64,000 bases of DNA from an uncultured Planctomycetaceae bacterium (lineage in GTDB: Bacteria > Planctomycetota > Planctomycetia > Planctomycetales > Planctomycetaceae): assembly GCA_963815195.1 (NCBI GenBank), contig CAWFGE010000012.1, positions 1,056,001 through 1,120,000 of the forward strand, written 5' to 3'. The notes below the pieces were generated by a model that did no database searches, had not been told where the DNA came from, and saw only the letters and a program-made list of their open reading frames with translations. The position numbers and the translations under genes are program-made. This document shows positions 56,413 through 64,000 of the stretch, one piece after another. Each line of letters starts with the position of its first letter. Position 1 is the stretch's first letter.

Positions 56413-56560
56413 AGGCGAGCGGGGGGCGTCAGCCCCCTGGTTACGTCGAATGCCGTTCCACGATGGAAAGCTCAATCGAATCTCATGGAATCAAATTCTG
56501 CAAAAATGCCGGTTTGTTTGAATTGCGAGTAACCAGGGGGCTGACGCCCCCCGCTCGCCT
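56413..56560. repeat. REPIN-like perfect 32-bp inverted repeat with 84-bp spacer
   Basis: AGGCGAGCGGGGGGCGTCAGCCCCCTGGTTAC at 56413-56444; exact reverse complement at 56529-56560. Confidence 0.9.
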
Positions 56561-56582
56561 TGTTGTTGTGGGACTTTAGGTC

Positions 56583-57611
56583 ATGGAGCGTTATCAGAAA
56601 CAGGTGTTGTTCGCGGGCTTGAAGGAAGAGGGGCAGCGGAAGTTGGTGGAGAGCCGGGTGCTGTTGTGCGGCTGCGGGGCCTTGGGGACGGTGCTCGCGG
56701 AGACGTTGGTGCGGGCGGGCGTGGGGTTTGTGCGGATTGTCGACCGCGATTTCGTGGAACTCTCCAACCTCCAGCGGCAGGTGCTGTTCGATGAAGAGGA
56801 TGTCCGCGAGCGCTGGCCCAAAGCCGTCGCCGCCGCGCGGAAGCTCGCCGCGATCAACAGCGAAGTCACAATCGACGCCGTCGTCGCGGACATCGATCAC
56901 ACGAACATCCTCACGCTCGCGAAGGATGTGGATCTGATTCTCGACGGCACGGACAACTTCGAGATTCGCTTCCTCATCAACGATGCCTCGCTCGAGACGG
57001 GCCTGCCGTGGATTTATGCCGGCGTCATCGGCAGCCACGGGCAGACGATGACGATTTTCCCCCACAAGACGGCGTGCCTGCGCTGCTTGATCGAAAGCAT
57101 CCCCGCGCCGGGCACGACGGAGACCTGCGACACGGCGGGCGTGTTGGGGCCGGCGGTCAATGTGGTCGCGTCTTTGGAAGCGACGAGCGCCCTCAAAATC
57201 CTCTCCGGCCAACCGGAACTGGTGGAGCCGAGCTTGATGATCCTCGACGTGTGGGATCTTTCCTTCCGCAAGATGAACGTCGCGAATCTCCGCGACCGGG
57301 CCGACTGCCCGGCGTGCCGGCATGGGGAGCGGGTGTGGCTTTCCGGCCAGAAAGGCGGCGAATCGACGGTGCTCTGCGGCCGAAACGCCGTCCAAGTCCG
57401 CCCGCCGGAGAAGACGCAGCTTTCTCTGGAAGACCTGGCCGAGAAACTCAAAACGTCGGGCGAAGTCCAGTCCAACAAGTTCCTCTTAAAACTCACGCTG
57501 AAAAACCCCGACTACGAGTTGACGGTTTTTCGCGACGGGCGGGCGATCATCAAAGGCACCGAAGACATCGGCATCGCCCGCGGCTTGTACTCGCGGTACA
57601 TCGGAACCTGA
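56583..57611 (+). CDS. moeB: ThiF/MoeB family adenylyltransferase
   Basis: GCGALG, DRDFVELSNLQRQ, DGTDN, CLRC, TCDTAG, CPAC. Confidence 0.88.
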   Translation: MERYQKQVLFAGLKEEGQRKLVESRVLLCGCGALGTVLAETLVRAGVGFVRIVDRDFVELSNLQRQVLFDEEDVRERWPKAVAAARKLAAINSEVTIDAVVADIDHTNILTLAKDVDLILDGTDNFEIRFLINDASLETGLPWIYAGVIGSHGQTMTIFPHKTACLRCLIESIPAPGTTETCDTAGVLGPAVNVVASLEATSALKILSGQPELVEPSLMILDVWDLSFRKMNVANLRDRADCPACRHGERVWLSGQKGGESTVLCGRNAVQVRPPEKTQLSLEDLAEKLKTSGEVQSNKFLLKLTLKNPDYELTVFRDGRAIIKGTEDIGIARGLYSRYIGT

Positions 57612-57614
57612 CCC

Positions 57615-57641
57615 GGCGAGCGTGGGGCGTAAGCCCCATGA
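57615..57641. repeat. REP-like copy (AGGCGAGCG family)
   Basis: GGCGAGCGTGGGGCGTAAGCCCCATGA. Confidence 0.55.
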
Positions 57642-58086
57642 TCTCGAGAATTGACCAGCGGGCGGGGCTGGAGGGGAATTTTTGCGATGCGGGAAGATTT
57701 CGCGATTCTTTTTCCCGGCCCGCTGGTTTGATTAGATGCAGGACTGCATTGGATGGGGCGGAAATAAGCAGTCGGCCCTTGGAAAAATCGGGTTGGTGAG
57801 TTTCAACCGGTCAAAGCGAACTCTCACCAACCCGGGCACCCAACCCCAGCGGTCGCGTTGCGCCGGGAAGGGTTGTTTCATTGTAACCTGGCCGTTTCGG
57901 TCCACAACCTTTGATTCCTCCTCTTTTTTTGGGGTTGGTGATTTTCAGTCGGGTCACAAGTTTGCGAGCATTCGCGAATGGGCCGGCGGTTTTGCCGGAG
58001 GAACACCCGAACCCGGCGAAACCCGTCCCCTTACTCAACTCAGGCACGCGGTTTGATGCGACTATTTTTTGTCAAGGAGCAAACGA

Positions 58087-59101
<1,015 letters not shown>

Positions 59102-59130
59102 TCTCTGTCTCGGATGAAATCAGGAATCCC

Positions 59131-59160
59131 AAAGCCGCGCAGCGGCGCTGCGCGGCTTTT
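59131..59160 (+). terminator. Strong hairpin after DUF1559 gene
   Basis: AAAGCCGCGCAGCG-G-CGCTGCGCGGCTTTT. Confidence 0.6.
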
Positions 59161-59194
59161 GAACTCTGTTTATTTTTTTGTTTGAGGAATGACG

Positions 59195-59335
59195 ATGTTT
59201 TTGCGAAAACTCCTTCTGGGCGGCTTGCTAGGCACGCTGTTGTTCGCGATGGGTTGCGGGGGCCATAAAGACCCGCCCAGCCCCGGCCAGGGAACCGATG
59301 CCCCGGATGCGCCCATCTCGACCGAGAAACCCTAA
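59195..59335 (+). CDS. 46-aa lipoprotein (below ORF-track cutoff)
   Basis: [54 protein letters not shown]. Confidence 0.65.
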   Translation: MFLRKLLLGGLLGTLLFAMGCGGHKDPPSPGQGTDAPDAPISTEKP

Positions 59336-59367
59336 AGGCGGAATTGACCGCTCCGTACCGGCGGCCC

Positions 59368-60072
59368 TCAAGCCCGTTTGCGGAACTGGTTGATGGCGGT
59401 GAGGAACATCCACAGGAAGATCAAAGACAGCACCCCGCAGAGAGCCCACCGGCCGCCGATCTTGTAAATCAGCCAAAGGAAGGCTTCCTTGAGGCCCCCA
59501 GGCCTGTCGATCCGCTCGGATCCGTCGCCCAATGCGTTGAACAACCCATAGCAGCAGGCGAATCCCAACACGGAACCGAACAGGTTGCCCCACGGGCCGT
59601 TGTCTTTGTCCTCGAAGAACGAGCTTTTCTTTTTGCCGGGCTTTCGCTTGCGAGCAGACCGCCCTGTTTCGGCCGGCCGGCTTTTGCGGGAAGGCCGGTC
59701 GGACGGGGCGCCGTAATCTTCGTAATCGTCCCCGGCGAAATCGGCCTCTTCGTAGTCCTCGTATTCGTCCTCCTCGAAATCGGCTGCGTCGTAATCTTCG
59801 TAGCCGTCTTCGGGGATCGCGTCTTCGATGATCTCCGCGACCGGCAAGGCTTCTTTGGGCGACGTGTTTTGCGATGGCTTTGCGCTGGGTTTCGAGGGCG
59901 GATCGGCAAACAGCCCCGCGACTTTTTCGGCGGGGACGAATCGCGTGCCGCCTTTCTTGGCGACCAGATCGTTCGCGCGGAGTTTGCCGGACGAGGCCAG
60001 CGTCTTGAGTTCCTCGGATGTGAACGGCCCGGATTCCCGCTCGCCGCGCTTCACGATCCAGGTTGAAGCCAT
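59368..60072 (-). CDS. GYF_2 (DUF4339) domain membrane protein
   Basis: W..RGERESGPFTSEELKTLASSGKL; acidic EDY repeats; two C-terminal TMs. Confidence 0.75.
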   Translation of the reverse strand: MASTWIVKRGERESGPFTSEELKTLASSGKLRANDLVAKKGGTRFVPAEKVAGLFADPPSKPSAKPSQNTSPKEALPVAEIIEDAIPEDGYEDYDAADFEEDEYEDYEEADFAGDDYEDYGAPSDRPSRKSRPAETGRSARKRKPGKKKSSFFEDKDNGPWGNLFGSVLGFACCYGLFNALGDGSERIDRPGGLKEAFLWLIYKIGGRWALCGVLSLIFLWMFLTAINQFRKRA

Positions 60073-60143
60073 GATCTCCCCCGCTGCTTTCCGTCATCTT
60101 TTTTCGGATACGATTATAACCCGATCGGTGTTCTTATCCCAAT

Positions 60144-60174
60144 AAAAAAGACGCCCGATCGTTGGATGGGCGTC
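60144..60174 (-). terminator. Intrinsic terminator
   Basis: GACGCCC..GGGCGTC stem followed by T6 on the minus strand. Confidence 0.6.
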
Positions 60175-60201
60175 GGTCGCGTTCTTGGTGGGAGAGAAAC
60201 G

Positions 60202-62905
60202 TTAGGCCGCTTTGGCTTGGACCACGGCGGAGGCGGGGGCGATGGACTTCTTGAGTTCCTCCACTTCCTTTTGGCCCGCTTCCACGGCTTTGCCGGCGGC
60301 GGCGGCTTGTTGCGTTGCCGCGGTGGCTTTTTCCTGGAGCGGTTTGACGGCCGCGGTCAGATCGGCCGCACGCTTCTGGGCGGCGGCGTAATCGGCGGCG
60401 GACTTCGCGGCCGCTTGTTCCGCGGCGGCGACAGCAGCTTGGGCGGTTTCCACGGTTTTGGCTTTTTCGGCGGCGGCCGTCTTGGCCGCTTCGAGGCCTT
60501 GGGCTTTCGCCGCGATCAGGTTCTTCCAAGCGGTCACGGCGGCCGTCACGTCTTTGTCGCCGGGCGATTTCGCGGCGGCTTCCTCGGCGGATTTGAGGGT
60601 CGTTTGAAGAGCCGGCACGAGAGCCGTCAGCGTGGTCACCGTTTTGCCGGCTTCGGTTTGAGCGGCGGCCGCGTCGGCAAATTGCTTCTTGGCCGCGGTG
60701 ACGTTGGCGTTGGCGGTTTCGACTTGTTTTTGAACCGCCAGCGCGGTCTGGTTGGCCGAGGCGAGTTCTCCCTCGGCTTTCTTGAGTTCCGCCGCCGCCT
60801 GGTTCGCCGCGGCCGCGAGTTCGTCGGCTTTAGACTTGAGGGCGGTGAGCGCTTTCTGCTTGGCGCTGATGTTTATTTCGGTTTCGAGACGGGCCACGTC
60901 TTTTTGAGCCGCCGCGAGTTGGGCCGCCATCGCGTCGGCGGCCTGTTTCGCCTGGGCCGCTTTGTCTTGCGCGGGTTTGAGCGTGGGCGTCAATGCGGCG
61001 ACCTGTTTCTTGGCGGCTTCCAGTCCGGCCAGAGCGTCGGCGAGTGATTTTTCCATCGCCGCTTGCTCCTTTTGCTTTTGCTGCATGGCCGCGGTCTTTT
61101 CGGTCTGGAGCTTCTTCGCCGCGGCGAGGGCGGCCGCTTTTTCATCAACCTGGGCTTTGAGCTTACCGACGGCTTCCGCGAGGGCTTTGTCGTCTTTGGC
61201 TTTCTCCACCGCTTGCTGGGCTTTGGTGAGCGCTTCTGCGAGCGGCGGGACCACGCCGGCCAACGTATTCGCGGTGTTGGTGGCGGCTTGGACTTCCTTG
61301 GTCAACGCGTCCACCGCGGCTTTGGATTTGGCGATTTCGCCGGGAAGCGCTTTGGACTGGGCCTCCAGGTCGGTCGCCTGTTTTTGGGCGGCCGCCAGGT
61401 CGGTTTGGATTTTTGTCGTCGCCGCAGTCATTGCAGTCTGAGGCATCGGCGAGTTTTTTGTGTTCCGCCTGTTTCGCGGCGAGAGCGGCTTTCGCTTTAG
61501 CGAGTTGATCTTCAAGCTTCAGCGGGTTCGCGGTGAGTTCGCCCACCGCTTTGCCGTCCGCGGCGGCGAAGACTTTGATCGCTCCCGTCCAATCGCCGGC
61601 GATGACCTGGTCGGTCTCGTCGCAGATCGTCACTTGGAGAGCAATATCGCCAAAGGCCGGAAACGCGCGGAGTTGTTTGCCGTTCTGGTCCCAGAGCTTG
61701 GCGGTCTTGTCCCGGCCGCAGGTGACGATCCGGCCGTCGCGGGCGAACTCGACCGAGGCCGCGCCGCCGCCGTGGGCATTCCAGGACTTGACGTTGCTGC
61801 CGTTGACGACTTCCCAGAGCTTGACGCTGCCGTCTTCGCTGGCCGAGGCGACGAGGTTGGAATCGCTCCGCCAGGCAATGTCGCAGATGGACCCTTTGTG
61901 GCCGTTCAAGCTCAGATATTCGCGGCCGGTTGCGGCTTCCCAGACCAACAGGCCGCCGTTGCGGTCGCCGGTGGCAAGCAGCACGCCGTCGGGGCTAAAG
62001 GCGATCGAATAGATCCAGTCGGTGTGCTTTTTGAGTTCGTATTTCAGTTCGCCGGTCTTGGTGGAATACACGCGCACGACTTTGCCCGGCCCGCCCAAAG
62101 CGACCAGCGTTTGATCGGAGCTGATGTCGGCGGCGAGGACGGTGTCGAGCTCGTCGCCGACTTCGATCACGCGTTCGCCCGTGCGGACGTTCCAGACCAC
62201 GACTTTGCCCTGGGCCGCATCGTGTCCGCCGCCCGCGAGCAAGAGGCTGCCGTTGTGGCTGAACTTGAGCGACTGCGGCACGCCTTCCGGGAAGGGCAAA
62301 ATGCCCGCGAGATCGAGCGTCTTGGTGTTATACAGAATCACCTGCTTCTGCCCGCCCACGGCCACGAGCGGCGACCAGGGGTTGCTGGCGAGCGCGGTGA
62401 CCGCCGTGGTGTGTTCGGTGTGCACGACGGGTTCGAGGCTCAACAGTTCCGGCATCGGCGGCGGACCTTCGGGCCGGCCCGTGGGACTCGCGGCGAGCGA
62501 CAGATCGAGCTTGGGCTTGTTCGCGATGGGCTTGCTGCCGGAGTTTTCGAGCGCTCCGCCGTCGATCCATTGGCGGATCAACGCCAACTTGTCCGCGGGG
62601 AGCTTGTCTTGTTTGGGCGGCATGTACGGTTCGGATTCATGGTTGACGAGCATGAACAGGTAGCTGTTCCCGGCGTCGCCCGGTTCGATCACCGCGCCCG
62701 ATCCGCCGCCCTGCATCATCGAGGTGTAGTTGAGCAGGTCGAGGTCCGCCACTTTTTTGTTCGTGTTGTGGCAGGTCGCGCAGTATTGGCGGAAGATCGG
62801 CTGCACGTGGTCCTGGTAGGTGATCTTCGCCGGCGCGTCCGCCGCCCGGACGGAAAGCGGAGCCAAAACAATCGTAACGAAGGCAACAAGTCGGGTCGTG
62901 TTCAT
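60202..62905 (-). CDS. Planctomycete cytochrome c, WD40 repeat and Ala/Lys coiled-coil protein (frameshift near 61430)
   Basis: Signal peptide; CATCH, MPP..WIDGGA; WD repeats; merged ORFs 61163..63112 and 60202..61515. Confidence 0.85.
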
Positions 62906-62945
62906 AAGAAGTGCTCCAAATCGGGATGCCGATTGAGAGTGAGTG

Positions 62946-63090
62946 AGGCGAGCGGGGGGTGTCAGCCCGGGTGTCAGCCCCCCGGTGACGTGGATTGTTT
63001 GAGATACAGTCAACTTGAAATCGTCTTCTGGAAATCGAGAGTCTCTTCTTCTTTGCGAATAACCAGTGGGCTTACGCCCGCCGCTCGCCT
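62946..63090. repeat. REPIN-like inverted pair (AGGCGAGCG family)
   Basis: AGGCGAGCGGGGGGTGTCAGCCC.. (62946) and TAACCAGTGGGCTTACGCCCGCCGCTCGCCT (63060-63090). Confidence 0.8.
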
Positions 63091-64000
63091 TAATGGTTGA
63101 ACAAGAACTCACGGGAGTTCAAGAGGGCCCAGAACACGTCTTCCAACACGGGTTTGGGGTCTTTCTCCTGGGCGAGGACCGCGACGAGCGAGGTCCGTTC
63201 TTTTTCGTCGGGTTTGCGGGTCAGGCAGCGGATGTAAAGCTCTTCGAGGATTGCCTCGGGCTTCTTGCCTTCGGAAAGCTGGCGTTCGATCAGCTTGCCC
63301 TGCTGGATTTTGCTGTTGGCCGTGTCGCCGTTGAGCATGTGCAAAGCCTGCGACAAGTTCGGCTCGACTTTGACTTCGCAGGAGCAGACCGTCTCGCGGC
63401 TCGCGCGGCCGAAGGTCGTCAGGAAGTAGGTCGAGGTGTTGCCGTTGGCGATCTGCACCGCGCGGGCCCCCAACGGCAGGCCTTGGAATTTGTTCTTCGT
63501 ATCGGTGACCTGCGTGATCGAATCGAGCATCATTTCCGCCCGCACCCGGCGGAGATTCGCGTGCGAAAAGTTGCGGTCGTCCGAGGCGTTCGTTTCGTTG
63601 GTGGCGGTCGAAAGCTGATACGTCCGCGACAGGCAAATGTCCCGCACGAGCTTTTTGAAGTCGTAGTTGTAATCGGTGAACCGCTTGCCGAGTTCGTCCA
63701 GAAGCTCCGGGTTGACGGCGGGATTGGAGACCCGCACGTCGTCCACTTCGTGAATAATGCCCCGGCCGAGGAAGTGGGCCCAGACGATGTTCGCGAGGTT
63801 GGTGGCGAAGTAGGGGTTCTCGGGCGACGCGAGCCATTTGGCCATCACTTCGCGGCGGTCTTTGCCTTTGACATCGGGGACGGCACCGCCCAGGAACTTG
63901 GGTTCCATCACGCGGTTGTCCACGGGATGCTTGACATCGCCGCTGCCCCGGTTGTAGATGATGAGTTCCCGCGGGTCTTCGCCGCGCTTGCGGCCGATTT
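63090..64000 (-). CDS. DUF1549/DUF1553 protein, C-terminal part (runs off window)
   Basis: NPYFA..WAHFLGRG, NPELLDEL, SRTYQLS, QALHMLNG, WALLNSREFLFNH. Confidence 0.9.
   Translation of the reverse strand, partial: IGRKRGEDPRELIIYNRGSGDVKHPVDNRVMEPKFLGGAVPDVKGKDRREVMAKWLASPENPYFATNLANIVWAHFLGRGIIHEVDDVRVSNPAVNPELLDELGKRFTDYNYDFKKLVRDICLSRTYQLSTATNETNASDDRNFSHANLRRVRAEMMLDSITQVTDTKNKFQGLPLGARAVQIANGNTSTYFLTTFGRASRETVCSCEVKVEPNLSQALHMLNGDTANSKIQQGKLIERQLSEGKKPEAILEELYIRCLTRKPDEKERTSLVAVLAQEKDPKPVLEDVFWALLNSREFLFNH

Noticed and set aside
57790..58060. Possible riboswitch upstream of DUF1559
   Set aside because: Short hairpins are present but no known riboswitch consensus could be matched by eye
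60202..61430. Ala/Lys-rich region as phage tape measure or DNA repeat
   Set aside because: It is the coiled-coil tail of the cytochrome c-WD40 protein, with no nucleotide-level tandem repeat
62906..63112. N-terminal extensions containing GLTPPARL (also 51640-51705)
   Set aside because: These are translations of REP palindromes, not protein sequence

Overview
GC-rich bacterial chromosomal window, almost certainly from a planctomycete (DUF1501, DUF1559, DUF1549/1553, planctomycete cytochrome c-WD40, characteristic palindromic repeats). Many conserved genes are broken by single-base frameshifts, which looks like long-read indel error, so split ORFs are merged here and some boundaries are approximate. 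In order: DUF488 and a membrane molybdo-oxidoreductase; a nitrate assimilation operon (narK, nirA with a rubredoxin-like tail, fused DmsB/DmsC-like subunit, nitrate reductase) with a divergent NarX-type sensor and FixJ-like regulator; a bicarbonate-uptake locus (sbtA, sbtB, kinase, sigma54 activator, OprP-like porin) with sigma54 promoters and a shared enhancer-like motif; hydrolases; an ABC-ATPase plus TOPRIM-like gene pair (candidate defence); rpoD-like sigma; citrate synthase; an ECF sigma with a giant beta-propeller partner; a HEAT/ARM plus SWIM pair; pcm; an IS481 element; a compact capsid-less phage packaging module (HTH, ParB, ABC-GNAT, TerS, TerL, portal, unknown ORF) with host REP-like repeats in its spacers; then moeB-like, DUF1559 and secreted planctomycete proteins. 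No rRNA, tRNA or CRISPR array was recognised. All family assignments come from motif recognition by eye; no searches were run.
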